The notes under the pieces are model-generated. The model did not search any database and was not told the DNA's origin. It saw only the letters and a list, made by a program, of their open reading frames with translations. This document shows, one piece after another, positions 1 through 13,160 of a stretch of 64,000 bases of DNA; the first letter of the stretch is position 1; each line of letters starts with the position of its first letter. Origin of the DNA: Takakia lepidozioides (taxonomy: Eukaryota; Plantae; Bryophyta). A program made the translations under genes and the position numbers. The stretch lies in NCBI GenBank assembly GCA_030704615.1, contig CM060731.1, positions 54,808,001 through 54,872,000 of the forward strand, written 5' to 3'.

Positions 1-985
1 TTCACGTCTCTATCAAATTCCGGCGAGGCCGTGGAGTGGAGCTCTGAGGTCTCTCCAGCGCTGAAGGGGGAGAACGTTCCAAATACAGTGTTCCTGCTCG
101 TCGCTTTGACAAATGACGCCATGGCACGCCCACGTCTTCCTGAATGATGCATGGATTGCTGGCGCCTGCCTTGGAGTCTTGTGACAGTCTGCAACACATT
201 TTGCCCAAGCTTTTTTCGACTCTGTTAAAAGATCTTTGTACACCAGAGCCAACAAAGCTGAGGTACTGATTGTCTCCTTGCTAAAGGTCTTTTTACATCT
301 AGCACGCCATAGGTGCCATAACGTAAAAGCGCGAAGAGTCTCGAAGACCGGACATGGAAAGAATCGGCCCTTGGTTGTTAAGTAGCAGATCCAGAGGGCC
401 AATGTTTGAGAGACTCCAATGTCTGTAGAATACCTTGATGAAGGGCCTAATTTTGGCTGGAGCTATACAGGTCAGAAGGCAGTGTTCATGAGTTTCAATG
501 ATACTCGAGGAGCAGCATCAACATAAAAGAGCTTCATGGAATTGCAGCCATTCTCCCACTTTTAGGGCTCTGTTCGCTACTTGCCATAAAAATGCTGAGA
601 TCTTGGCCGGCCTAATTTTTAGCCAGATAGAAGACCAGATTGCTGACCAGTTCTCATTCGAGAAACCAAAGTGACTCCATTTGCTATTCCACTTAGTGGA
701 GAGGGCTGGCTGTGTGTTAAGAGCCCTATAAGCCATCTTGGGGGTGTAGGTAAGAAGGGGTGATGCAGTGCGGCCAAAGGTCCATTCCCATTCCTTGGGG
801 TCTAGCTGGAGGTCCGCTAGAGGTCTTCCTAGGATCCAAACAAATGTGGAGGTATTGACCCAGTACATGACAGATATGGTAAGAGGTGGTTGGGGATCAA
901 ACTCTTTGAACTTAGATGACCAATTGCAAATTCTCACTGGGGTATGAATGAAACGTGGGAAGAGGGGTTGGGATTGTGAAACCAA
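1..985 (-). mobile_element. L1-type LINE ORF2 3' region (zf-RVT-like C-terminus), broken into several frames
   Basis: ORFs 518-985 and 13-402 have the typical plant L1 C-terminal pattern: W..IW....PAKISAFLWQVANRAL..GEW...C, followed in another frame by E...HCL..C and TLWHLWRARC..TF. Confidence 0.7.
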
Positions 986-1302
986 AACTTTTCAGATTTC
1001 TATATAACCCCGGGTATGGATATATATGCCAAAATATACCCTGAGGATATGAATAGTTTCCGGGTATGGATAGTTATTTCTATTAATATATAATTTAATG
1101 GTTTTAAAGAATATATGATGTTTTTGTGTTTTTTTTGGTTTTTTTTTTTCAAAAAGGAAACCTGGGAGCGACTCACAAGATGTTCTTCAATATGTACAAA
1201 AAAAAAAACTTTGGTAAAAGAGAAAATTGATAAGATATTGCATAATATTTGGTGTTAATTTCCAATGCAAGATGGAGGAGGTTTGAGATTTTTTTTTTAA
1301 AA

Positions 1303-1490
1303 CACATCAGCTGGTAGCTCAGCTGGTAAATGCACAGTGAGTGTCACAGTGTGTGGGATTGTTCGTGTGACGGTATGGCGTTGATCGTCTATGGCCCATA
1401 AATGAAAGGGGGTTAATCTTTCCCCTCCTCAAGGGCCTGAATTGTGGGGTGTCGCTCCCAGATTTCCTTAAATAAATAAATAAATAAAAA
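1303..1490 (+). mobile_element. tRNA-derived SINE copy with the B-box segment deleted
   Basis: A-box-like GGTAGCTCAGCTGG; the body matches 10537-10767 (GGCCCATAAATGAAAGGGGG...GTCGCTCCCAG); (AAAT)n tail. Tail fragments of the same family lie at about 1125-1178 (minus) and 1491-1555. Confidence 0.7.
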
Positions 1491-2644
1491 CCCCTCAAGG
1501 ACCTAAATTGTGGGCTGTCAGGTTTCCTTATATATATATATATATATATATATATGCGAGATCTGAAGAGGTATTGTTTGGGTTATATGACATTTAAGGA
1601 ATGATATTTATGTAACATTTGTTTTAGTTGTGATTGGAGCTTTCTTATAGCTCAAGGCTCCCTAACAACACAACAAAAAGAGAAAAGACCTAGCACATAA
1701 AGGCCCTTATATACCCTGATTAGATATACCCTTCATTTTAACATATACCCTTCAGGAAAGTAGGGTATATTGAGCGTCTTGATGCAGGGTAAATATAAGG
1801 ATAAGGGTATATCATAAAAATATACCCTGATATAAGGGTATACATCCTGGTACCTAAACTTGCCACACCAGGGTGTATATATATCAATATACCCCATATA
1901 CCCGACGGGTATATCAGGGTAATTCATATACCCGCCCAACATGGTATATCTATGTCAAAACTAGCAAATTACCCTGATCCATAGAGTATGTGTTTTTACC
2001 ATAATCATATTACCGGACCCAGAGGGTGTGTCTAAAACTATATACGGCACAACACAACACAACTCGGGTTTGTTGATCGTGGTAAATTAACGTGACCGTA
2101 AATTACTCCAATTTCCGTGTTCAGTGACGTGGAGGACCTCGTGCGAGAGGGAGGAGGCGGGGCACAAGTGGCGCTTGCGAGGCCCAAAGGGCAAAGCCAC
2201 GCAGACGGCCGAGCGCACATACTTAGCAGTCTAGTCTAGTCTAGTCTAGTGTAGCGGGTCCAAAGGATCGCCAGTGAGACCGCTGCTCATGCCCTTCTAT
2301 TTCCTTTGTCAATTGCTTCTCCCCAGATTTTTGCAGGGGACTGGAAGTGGCGCGGTGAGAGCGGGACAGCCTGCACTGGGTTGGAAGGTCAGAGGAAGAA
2401 GGCCACGGCGGGGATTTTCCCGAAACAATCATGGAATCTCCTTAGGCCAGCCATTTGCGTTAAAGGAGCTCCGCAAAACAGCGTTGAACTATCTCTTTCT
2501 CCCGCACTTGAGGTGTCTGAAGGGAATCTATGTGTGTGCCGAGGGCAGAACTGGAAGCGCGGCTCGGGGTATGCTTTTGGAATAGACGTGTCCAAGCCAA
2601 ACTTGAAGAGTGGGGTTTTTAGAAGTTTAGAAGATTTTGAACAC

Positions 2645-5600
2645 ATGGCTCTCAGCTTCTGTAATCCTGCTTTTCAGAGTGTTGGAAAAGTCTCTTCTTC
2701 TCTGTATCAAAGCGGGGTCGTTTGTTCTGATGAATCTCTGTCCCTAAAGCGCCAGTTCAGCCGTCCGGGCTACAAGCACACCGCCCTGTTTTCCGACGGC
2801 AGAGCACAGCAATCACCTTTTACTGAGAAGAATTCAGTTACGAGAAATCGAGGAGGCGGCACCCTCGAAGCGAAAATCGAAGTGGGAAGAGGTGCAGTAT
2901 CTTTCAATGATGATGATGGTTGTAGAGATCGTGCCAGGTCCGTGGAAAGGACAGAGAGTCATATGATCGCTTCTCTCTCTGGAGGAGTGGGCAGAACCGT
3001 GAATAGTGACCCAAGAGCTTCTTCAGTGGACGAATTTTCAGGTAAGAATTTGCATTCGCTGTCGTGACATCTGAATTGGTTGGCAGTCACCTAGTACAAC
3101 TAATCATCGATATCTAAGAATTTGTTCTCCATGGGGATCATTGAGATGAGGTGGGAACACTCTCTCTCGCTCCTCCCCCCTTCGAAACCGGATGTAGGAT
3201 CTATGCCCATGAGGCAAAGTCTACCGAGTACTCGTCATATGTTCTCCATGCCTGTTAGGTCTCTGCTGTGTTTTTGCAACAGCCGCCCTCCCTCTCAGCT
3301 TAAATTCTCTGGCTCCACAGAATACACTGACCTCTAGACACCTTGATGTGATGAAAGGACTCAAACATGCCTGTTGGAGTTCAATAGCTTTCGATAAATC
3401 CAAATTCCTTGAAGATAGATTTTCTGCTGCAAGGGTTTCGTGGGTTCCTGTTTGTAAAGAACGACGAGTGGGACACTACACCGTAGTCAAACAGCAAATG
3501 TGTGTTCTTTGGCATGGCAGGCCCTTCATATGAGGACGATAACATAGATGCCCGATTACCAGAGCTACGGGAAGTCCTTTCTTTACTAAGGCACAAATGG
3601 GCACAAGTGGAAGCTGCAGGAGGAGAGAGACAGAGGGGACCTGGAAACGTGTTTTTGGTGGGGACAGGTCCGGGTGATCCAGAGCTTTTGACAGTGAAGG
3701 CATTGCAGTTGATGCAGTGCGCTGACCTAGTGTTGTATGACCGCTTAGTGTCCACTGATATTCTGGACTTGGTGCATGCTGGCGCTCGGTTGCTTTATGT
3801 GGGTAAAACCTCAGGTTACCACAGCCGAACCCAGGTAGTGTTTTCTAATCACAGTACTTCTTCTGGTCAAGCTTTCCCCCCCTCTCTGTTTCCTGACCTT
3901 TGTCGTTTTCATCTCTTAGGCAGGGCTTCACAAGTTGTGTCCTTTGGGGCAGCAAGCTATGTTCCTGAACTCTTTTAGGCAATGGAGGGTTTAGGGTTTA
4001 ATCGTAGTGATAAGTTGAGTGACAATATCCATATGGATATAGTTCTTCTGCACCCACACAACATCCCATCTATTATGAACGAGCTTTACCTTGCTCGGCC
4101 TCAAACGGGAAAGCAGATTTCCAAAACTGCAGAAAGAATAGAAACTGGCATATACAGAGATGCCAACTGTCTTTGAGAAAAGAAAACCTTGAAGCAAGGG
4201 GCATCTAGACAGCAAGGGAGATAGATATGAGAAAGAGAGCCCCGTCGTCCTGTCTTTGAAAGAGGGAAGTGGTGGACAGCCGGGTTTTATCCTGCAGTGT
4301 CCATGGGTCAGGGCTACGGTGTCTTTGTTAGCACAAGCTGGCCAATAAGTTTGTTCTTTTCTAGTTTGAGATTGTAATCATTGGCATGGTTGCTTTACCC
4401 CAAGGACGCCTGCAAGTCGCATATATAATTCTCACAGCATATAATTCTACGGTTTGCTGAAACCCGATGGATTTTTCTGTGAAGTCCCTATGGTCAGGTT
4501 GAGATGAGACTATTTCTATGGGTGTAACCAAAAAGAAGGTATTTTCGGTGACAGGAAGATATTCATGAGCTGTTGCTGAGCTTTGCAGAGGCAGGAGCAA
4601 CTGTGCTGAGATTGAAGGGAGGGGATCCCCTGGTGAGTACTTGGATTCCCTTACCTGCTGTCAGCTTCAAGTTTTTCCTGGAACCACTGAAATGGGAGCT
4701 TTGAAATGTGCAGTTAGATTGCAATTTAGGCAACTTAATTGTTCATTATAAGCACACTAGTTGGTAAAATGACAGTTGTGACTCTGATGAAGTTAAAACT
4801 GGTAAGCAGTGACCTGCAGAATTCATAGAATGAACTCGTTTTTGCCATCACTTGTGGCCATCAGTTATTGTAGAAGTGAATGGCTCTTGGATGCTCAATG
4901 AAAAGGGAGGCAGAACAACAGATTTTCTCCTGACCGTTACCTTGAGGGCGGGTAGTTTTCTGCAGGACACAAATAGAAGCAATTGATCAATCTTAAGTAA
5001 CCAATCATGGTGTAGACAGCAGTATTTGATCAATAGTGGTACCAGTGAAGAAAGGCAACTTTGAAGGAATAGTGCCCTGCAAGACAGTGACCTTAATCTG
5101 GTTGTGTCCACTTTCACTTGCCTTGGTAAATGCAATCAAGCTGGATTTACCTTTGAACATGAGCACAGCTGGTGGCAATTCCATGTGAAGAGTGTTGATT
5201 CCAAGGCTGCTATTGTGTGGGAAACAGATATTGATTCTAGCCCTATGTGGCTCTCCTCACCTCACAAGATGTAATGAGCTGCACTTGATTGTGCTGCTAG
5301 AAATAAGAGAGAGGGAGAAAGAAGTTGTAGTATGTGGGATGCATTGCAGGTGTTTGGACGCGGTGGTGAGGAAATGGACTTTCTTCAAGAGAAGGGGATT
5401 AGAGTGCAGGTGGTCCCTGGTATGATCCTTTAAATCAGGTGTTATATGTGTAATCTTTGTAATCATTTGTTTTACGAGATTTCGTTTGTCAAAAGTGACG
5501 GCATCTTGTATGTGCTTGTCTTGCTGTTTAGATTTGTGCTTTTAAATCCCCTTCCCTGGAATTCCTGTTGTGGTCCCCATTCTGCTCTCCAGGGAAGAAC

Positions 5601-8600
5601 GGCATTGAGCTGTAGTGGGATTGGATATTGTCACTGGGAGATTTTTTGTATATTAAATGGGAATCTTCAACAGCTTAGCTTGTCTTCCTTCGTTTTTCTG
5701 TACTGTAACCTGCATGCAGTGTATAGCAGCAACCCTGATAGAGCAAGAATGGGCTGTGCCCGGATTAGGCTTTGCACTTGTAGCCTATGCAATTGTAGTC
5801 TGTCTTGCAAACTAGACCTGTTGTCTGGGTCTGTTGAATGTAAGCTTATTTGCCAACATTTCACTGACTGAAAGAAGTGGAGAGTTTGTGAACAGGAATT
5901 ACTGCTGCCTCTGGAATTGCTGCAGAGCTCGGCATTCCCTTGACTCACAGAGGAGCTGCAAACAGGTAGGTAGGTACACGATGTATTAGCCTTAATGTTT
6001 TTGTTTGCTGATGGTGACATAATTTGATTGTGGCTAATTACTGCCTGGAATTTCGTACCCAGGATAATTTGACAGACCTGAGCAACTCTGTCTCTCTCCC
6101 ACTGCGGGCGGGAAGCCTACCTTTTGAACAGTAAACAGATGCAGAGAGGAAGAGGAGATTGTAATTGCCCGATATGTGGGCAACCTGGACACATCCATTT
6201 TCTGATACATTGTGCGGGATATGCCCACCAGAGAGTGACCCTCTTCAGGACAATCAAGAATGTTGTCCCGACACCTCTGGTCAGTAACTTCCAAAAATTG
6301 TGAGGCTGAGCCTAAAGCCCTAGTCATATTGGGTCTAACTTTCAATACTTGTGTAGGGCTTGTTAGAGGATATCTGGAAAGCCCGAACTAATTGTTTATG
6401 CCAAGGTAAGTCACACTACCTGAGTGAGCCCCTCACAAAGATAGTTCTGGTCCCTTTTGTTCCGCCCAAACTGGGCGCGAGGTCTATGGCCACAAGGCTA
6501 CTGCAAACGATGTCTTATGATTTCCCACTGCTGAAGTGAGCCCCTCACAAATGTAGTGTCTGTTCCATTTTGTTCCATCCAAACTGGGTGCGGGTCTATG
6601 GCCCAAAGACTACAGCAAACGTCTTACGAGTACATCCTCTCTCTCTCCTCTGATTCATTGTCCTGGGTACTCTCACCAGAGGGGCGCCCTCTTCAAATCC
6701 ATCAAGGGATCTGTTCCTGTACCTCTGTTTAGCAACTCTGAAAATCTCGAGGCTGAGCCAAAAGCCCAGGCCCTTTTGGGGCCTAGTTATTGGGCAAATC
6801 ACACACAGCAGATTGATGCTTGTGTAAAGGGATTTCTAGAGGATATCTGGAGAACTCAGATCAATTCTCTGTTCCAAGGTAAGTCATACTACCGGCGTCA
6901 GCCCCTGACAAAAGGTAGTTTCTGTCCCTTGGTGTTTTGCTCAAACCTGAGCCGGGGGTCAATGGCCACAAGGCTACGGCAAACAATGTCTTATGAGTAC
7001 ATTCTATCCCTCTCTCTCCTACTCCCAAGGGCAAAGCTCTGGGGCTCACTAATTTTTTCCACTGCAGAGGGGTCAACTCTGAGGTTAAGAAAACCATGCT
7101 TTGTCGCGTTATTAGACCTGCCTTGGAGTACGGATCTGCTATATGGGTTGATAACTCCAACCAGGCTAAGTCTCTAGAATCCATTCAAGTGGGGGTGCTT
7201 AAGGAGTGTATGTCAGCATGCTCCAAAACAGCCAATGTGGCTGTTCGGGGTGAGTTTGGCATTCCGTCCTTAAGCTCCCGACAAGATGAATTCAAGGTCA
7301 GATGGTGGGGTCAGCTGCAACATATGCCCAACACCAGATATCCTAAATTAATCGACCCTATATCTTGGAAACAGGACCGCCCTGTCAAACAGGCTAAGTC
7401 CTGGCAGAAGAGAGTAGAAGAGATCCTCAAGGACCTGGACCTGGATCCGCAAGTCTTGACCCTGCTGGATAAATCTGACTTAGAGGCTGTTGTGTCCTCA
7501 GCCATGTCTGTTGCCATGAGATTGTCTGATGAAAATGAAGTTAGGCAGAAAACTTCCCTGAACTTGTTTCCAGTCTGTGACATGGGGGAGGACATCTTGG
7601 ATGACCTCAAGGGTCTACCCACTCTCGGCACTAGACTGAAATTTAAACTCAGGGCAGGAAGCCTACCTTTGAACAGCAAACAGAAGCAGAGAGGAAAGGG
7701 AGAGTGCAATTGCCCGTTGTGTGGGCAATCTGAAGACAGTATTCATTTTCTGATACACTGTCCGGGGTTCTCTCACCAAAGAGACGCTCTCTTTAAATCT
7801 ATTAAGGGAATTGTGCCTGTACCCCTGTTTACCAACTTTGAAAGTCTCGAGGCTGAGCCAAAAGCCCAGGCCCTCCTGAGGCCTAGTTTTTGGGCAAATC
7901 ACACACAGCAGATTGATGCTTGTGTGAAGGGATTTCTAGAGGATATCTGGAAAACCCGGATTAATTCTTTATATGGAGGTAAGTCTCACTACCAACGTAG
8001 CCCCTGACAGAGGTAGGTTCTGTCCCTTTTGTTCCCGCTCAAACTGGGCGCGGGGTCAATGGCCACAAGGCTACGGCAAACAACGTCTTATGAGTACAAT
8101 CACTCCTACTCCCACTTCAGGAGTGAGCCTCTCACTAAAGTAGTGTCTGTTCCCTCTAGTTCGGCCCAAATTGGGTGCGAGGTCTATTGCCGCAAGGCTA
8201 CAGCAAACGTCTCATGAGTACATTCTCTCCTTTCTGCCTTGGCTGGACCTTGACTGTGGGACCACCTCCTTGATATTGTTTCTGAGTGGTAATTCAGGTT
8301 AACCAAACAAGATACTGAGGTGAAAATGTGCAGTGTCAGATTTTTGACAGGACATTCAAGAAAGGGAGGAGATGACCCTCTTCACCTAGCAGAGCAGGCT
8401 GCCGACCCAGACTCCACCCTAGTTATTTACATGGGTTTGGCCACTCTTCCAGCGCTTGCTGCCAAATTAATTGCCAGTGGGCTACCACCTGACACACCTG
8501 GAGCTGCTGTGGAGCGGGGTACTACTGCTCAACAACGTCTGGTAGCTTATTCTTCTTTTCCATCAAGTTGAGTCCTGAATTTGTTTCCACGTCCAATCAT

Positions 8601-9218
8601 GTCCTTGGCGTTGGTTGAGTTTCGTATGAGGCAGTTGATTTCCATCAGTTTTATGGCTATAGTTGTTTTCATGTCAAGTCGTCTTTGATTAACATTTGTT
8701 TCAAGGAACTCTGATGATAGATTCTCCGTTATGGTGGGAGATCAGTGGAAGAAGATATGTCTTTCTCCTTTCATATGGGAAACTTTGTTTGTCATTGGTT
8801 TTCTGTTGACTTGGAAGGTTGTCTGGACAGCAAGGATTGGCTTTTCTCCCTTGCATGGGAATGGGGGTGGATTAAAGGGGATTGTTTCTGACCTGTCATG
8901 AGGGGGGATGAGTAGGGGTTGGGGAAAAGGGGGAAGATAGCGGAATTACACATTCTCAGCAAAATTATATTGGACTCTCTGCAGGTCTTCTCACGCTTAC
9001 AAGACCTGCCGCAGGAGGTTCTGGCAGCACAGCTAGTCTCGCCCACTCTTGTTATAATTGGCCGTGTAGTGGCCCTCTCCTACCTCTGGCCTTTCAAGAG
9101 TACAAGTGGAGAGGTCAAAAAGTTGGATTCAGCTGTCTCCCATAACAATACATCTGGAAGAGAGCCACGTTCTAGAAGATTCCAGGGTGCTGATCCGCAG
9201 ATGCTGTACATGATTTGA
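2645..9218 (+). CDS. UPM1: Plastid uroporphyrinogen-III C-methyltransferase (siroheme biosynthesis); join(2645..3041,3521..3834,4555..4632,5350..5419,5896..5965,8334..8541,8985..9218)
   Basis: Motifs [89 protein letters not shown] and [11 protein letters not shown]. All six introns are GT-AG with compatible phases. The Ser-rich N-terminus resembles a transit peptide. The start ATG at 2645 is inferred. Confidence 0.95.
6100..8235 (+). mobile_element. Cluster of 5'-truncated LINE 3' ends in UPM1 intron 5; the longest copy carries ORF 7096-8007 (RT thumb plus CCHC finger)
   Basis: [12 protein letters not shown] thumb motif and CPLC...[10 protein letters not shown] knuckle. The 3' UTR unit ending GGCCACAAGGCTACGGCAAAC..GTCTTATGA recurs at about 6490, 6600, 6963, 8060 and 8190. 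Confidence 0.8.
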
Positions 9219-9589
9219 GAAGTAATTGGACGGCTTGAGACAAACAATTGATTTTCAATGATTTTTTACTCATGCTGGTCTAATTGTATCCTATGGTTGC
9301 CCTAGGGTTCACAACACAGACAATGCAATGAGATGGGAAATAGCTTTGGAGGGTCCTCATGGTGCAAAGTTGTAAACAGTGGGACCTGCTTGGAAGATTA
9401 TATAGGACGTTCAACAATCTGGTCTGCTTTTAAATTGAATGAGCACATGTGACAAGGAAACAAGCCTCGCACATGCACACTCTTGCACACTCTTGCACCT
9501 ATCTCAAAGGAATGTTCTTTTCTCTCCAAAAATCTGAAGTTTGGTGGTCTCAATTCTCAAACTTCCAAGCAATTAGTAGGTTAATAATT

Positions 9590-9920
9590 TTAGAAGGGCC
9601 TACCCTGCCCCCGGCACTAGACTGAAATTTAAACTCAGGGTGGGGGGGTCTACTTTTGAACAATAAACAGATGCAGAAAGGAAAGGGAGATTGTCAATGC
9701 CTGATGTGTAGGCGGCCTGAAGACAATATCCATTTTCTGACTGATACAATGTCCGGGTGTATTCCCAGCAGAGAGCAACCCTCTTGAGGACCATCAAGAA
9801 CATAGTCCCTGCACCTGTTCACCAACTTTCAAAATCTCGAGGCTGAGCCTAAAGCCCTGCCCCAGTTGGGGTCTAATTGCGGGCAGCTCACACACAGCAG
9901 ATCGATGCTTGTGTGAACGT
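9590..9920 (+). mobile_element. Degenerate fragment of the same LINE family
   Basis: Matches 7610-7930 (CGGCACTAGACTGAAATTTAAACTCAGGG ... CACACAGCAGAT.GATGCTTGTGTGAA). Confidence 0.75.
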
Positions 9921-10051
9921 GTTGGTTAAAAGTATGCATCTGCTTTGCAATGTTTTTACTTGTAGAGATGGACTGTCTTTCATGAAGCTAATGCAATGTG
10001 AACATCTGGAGACTGGAAACATAGAAGTCGGCGTCTGAAAGTCGGAGACTA

Positions 10052-10887
10052 CCGTACTTACCTAGCTTATTGGGCACTTCCGTCCCTAATAATTAATAAA
10101 AATGAAATATTATTAGGCAGATTCGTTTTTATTACTTAGGCACCTCACCTAAGTAATTTCCAAATATTTTACAGTCGACATTGGATATTTTTATTTTTAT
10201 TTTTATTTTTAAATTTTACAGTCGACCCTGGATAATAATGAACAATTGTTTTTGACCTTCCTCAATATCTATTGTTGAGGTAATTTTCTTTCAAAAAAAC
10301 ATAATGGTTTTGAAAATAGATATTTACCTCAACAATTGTTTTTGAGAAGATTCACATCAGATAGGTGATGAGACTTATGAAGATGTAAGTTAATTGCATC
10401 AATGCAAGTGGAGTGGAGATGATTTTTTGAGAAAATTTTAAATTGTAGGCATTTTTGCCATTTTTGGGACTTCAAATAATATAATTTAGGCATTTTTCCA
10501 CATATTTGGACATTTTGGTTATTTTCACAATTTTGGCACATCGGCTGGTAGCTCAGCCGGTAAGTGCACAGTGTGTCGCCTTGGTGGTTCGGGGTTCAAA
10601 CCCGTTGCCCTGCCCCGTGTGTGGGATTGTTCTTGATGGTATGTCTGGGCGTTCGTCCTGTAGGCCTCATGGCCCATAAATGAAAGGGGGTTAATTTTTC
10701 CCCCTCCTCAAGGGCCTGAATTGTGGGCTGTCGCTCCCAGGTTTCCATTATTAAAAAAAAAAAAAAACAATTAGGCACTTCTCTGGAATTGTTTCCAAGT
10801 TTTAGGCACATTTTCCAAAAATGTTCTAAATTTAATTAGGCACTTGATTTTGAATTAATTATTGCCTACTAAGCTAGGTAAGTACGG
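10052..10887. mobile_element. Non-autonomous TIR element (Tc1/mariner/pogo-type MITE)
   Basis: TIRs CCGTACTTACCTAGCTTA / TAAGCTAGGTAAGTACGG, flanked by TA on both sides (10050-10051 and 10888-10889); AT-rich interior. Confidence 0.8.
10537..10767 (+). mobile_element. Full-length tRNA-derived SINE nested in the MITE
   Basis: A box TAGCTCAGCCGG, B box GGTTCAAACCC, 3' poly(A); homologous copies at 1303 and 29931. Confidence 0.85.
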
Positions 10888-11089
10888 TAGTTCTAATTTA
10901 GAGCAGATAGGGTGCCATAATGACATGTCATCATTGCATGTCATCTTCAGCCACATCATCGTCGTCACATTTTTAATCTGCCTAGAAGAAAGAAGAAAAA
11001 TTTATGAAAACATTTTTTGTCAAATCTGTTCCTTTTATTTATTTATTTTCTTTCTGCACATGTTCAGTGTAACCTGATGTTACAGCACT

Positions 11090-11431
11090 TCATAGCAGGT
11101 GGACTTAAAAATGTCCAAGGGTCAGGGACACGTGTCCTGATATTGGTCAATATCATCGAGGGGTTCGCTGTGTCCACGTTGGATCCGGCGTCAGTGGTTT
11201 GAATCACTATGTTGTTCAGTGGTTAGTTTACCACTGATGACACAACAGCATACAGGTGGACCTGGAGGCCAGTGGTTAAGTGGCCATTCTTGAATCACTA
11301 CTGACCGTTATGTCTTTCACCAGTGGGACATGAAATCCACTCGTTTTTTTATCACTGGAGGGCTACCAGTGGTTAAGTGTACTCAAAACCAGTGGTTGAC
11401 ATAGTGGTTATTCCGCATTTTCCTTCTAGTG
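11090..11431. mobile_element. Right terminus of a CACTA-type element
   Basis: Ends GTGGTTATTCCGCATTTTCCTTCTAGTG, the reverse complement (1 mismatch) of the terminus at 52955. Preceded by repeated CAGTGGT/ACCACTG subterminal motifs. Confidence 0.7.
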
Positions 11432-12145
11432 ATGGGGAGGGGACCAACTGCCGTAACCTATAGGCTGGGTGACCTTCGGGATGGGCCAACGGCACCCACC
11501 ACCGGGCGACCTTTGAGGCCGGGTGGGCGGCTGACGTTCGGGCAACGTGGTGTGACCTCCGGGGGTGGGAGTGGGGGTGGTGGGGAGGGGGTTGACGATG
11601 GGTCGGCTGCCGGATGACCTCCAGGCTGGGGCCCGGTGGGACGGCCACCGGGCAATAGCGGGGCAACCGCCGACCGACAATGGGACGATGGTGGGAACAA
11701 CAGTGGGACTTGGCGGTCACTTGTACTAAGGATTTGTTAGCTATGACTGTTAATATCTAGCTGTCACAAGTACGTAAAATAAAATGGAAAAATATCTGCG
11801 ACTTCCAGGCTAAATTGCTAATTAAAAAATATAACCCCAATCAATGAAATGCTTATAGTAAAAATTAATCCATATGTGCCGTCCATGTGTAGTCCACCTA
11901 GACTACTACCTTGTTACCTAGGATAATAATTGACTAATAAAAATTAAACAAAAAAAATATTACGAGGAATAACGTTTGTTTTGGACGTGACGCAATTAAG
12001 GTTCAGACCCGATGTGACACTAAGGTGCCACGTGTGAGTGCCATGTCACGTCCGTAGTGCAATTCTGCTATCAATAAACACGTAATCCACATCCTAAGAA
12101 GAACTTATGAGTTCAACATGCCCGTGCACCTTTCTTTGGTCTATC

Positions 12146-12300
12146 ATTCTAGCGACGACCGAAGGTCGGAAGCTAGTTTAGCGTAGAGCAGGAATAGGGT
12201 GCCATAGTGCCACGTTTTCGTCGCCACATCATCATCGCCATGTCATCATCGCCACGTTTCGTCGTCAATTTCTGTCGAAGCCCTGATTGCCCGTGCGAAA
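12146..12300 (+). repeat. Hairpin-CTAG repeat head (possible rolling-circle element end), copy 1
   Basis: ATTCTAGC.ACGACCGAAGGTCGGAAGCTAGTTTAGCGTAGAGCAGGAATAGGGTGCCATAGTGCC is nearly identical at 49902; a partial copy lies at about 10895. Confidence 0.6.
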
Positions 12301-12883
12301 AACCCCAAAGCGCCAAGTTGTTTTGGAATTGCCCGGACTGCCCGGTTCTTGAAGTTCTTGAACCGCAAGAGCTCTGCATTTTCCGCCATCGTGCTTGCAA
12401 GCTCTCAACAGTCTCGCTGCTCAATGCAAACCGTGGCCTTTCCCTCATTCGATCAGCTTCGGTTTTCGTGCAAAGGCTCCGCAGATCACATCATTTTGCT
12501 TGCTTAGGCTTGTGAACGTGTTTTGGTCGTGACAGCCACATCATCAATCATGATGGAAAGGTTGTTTGCTTTTGGGCCCTTTTCCAAGCATTGAATAGCT
12601 TTTGTGAGGCAGAGAAAGTTTGGGGTAAGGAATCAACAAGAAGTGATACAAAGTATGCTAATCAGCATAACAATGTTTTTCTGATGGAGTGGGATGTTTC
12701 TGAAACTCAACAATAATTGTCATAGACACATTCAAGGATAAAAAACTAATTGAGCATGAACTTTGAAGGCAGTGGAGATTACTGAAAGTACCAGAAGGAG
12801 AAGGAGGCTTAAATGGATACTGCAGACATGTCTTCCTTCAAAATATAACTTGCTAAAGAGTGTGTTTTGAATTGGCAGTACAG

Positions 12884-13160
12884 GTGAGAGATCATGTCAC
12901 CTCCCGTCTGATAGGGCACAATCAGGAGGTGTGTGGCCTCAAGTGGTCACCGTCAGGTCAACAGCTAGCAAGTGGAGGCAATGACAACTTGCTCCACATT
13001 TGGGATGCAGCTGTCACATCATCACCACCACCTGAGTCAGCAGACATCTACACAGGTTGGACGACCACCAAGCAGCTGTGAAAGCACTTGCCTGGTGCCC
13101 CTTCCAGACCAACTTACTCACGTCTGGAGGGGGTACTGCTGATCGTTGTATTAAATTTTG
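12884..13160 (+). pseudogene. CDC20: CDC20/Fizzy WD40 fragment, frameshifted
   Basis: [31 protein letters not shown], then after a frameshift [37 protein letters not shown]. No other CDC20 exons seen nearby. Confidence 0.85.

Noticed and set aside
990-2036. TIR element built from ATACCC/GGGTAT motifs
   Set aside because: The motif enrichment is real, but no termini or TSD could be defined.
2306-2644. N-terminal extension of UPM1 suggested by the ORF track
   Set aside because: Begins at TTG; the first in-frame ATG is at 2645.
6420-8230. Self-cleaving ribozyme in the repeated LINE 3' unit
   Set aside because: No hammerhead core (CUGANGA...GAAA with stems) or HDV pseudoknot could be built by eye.
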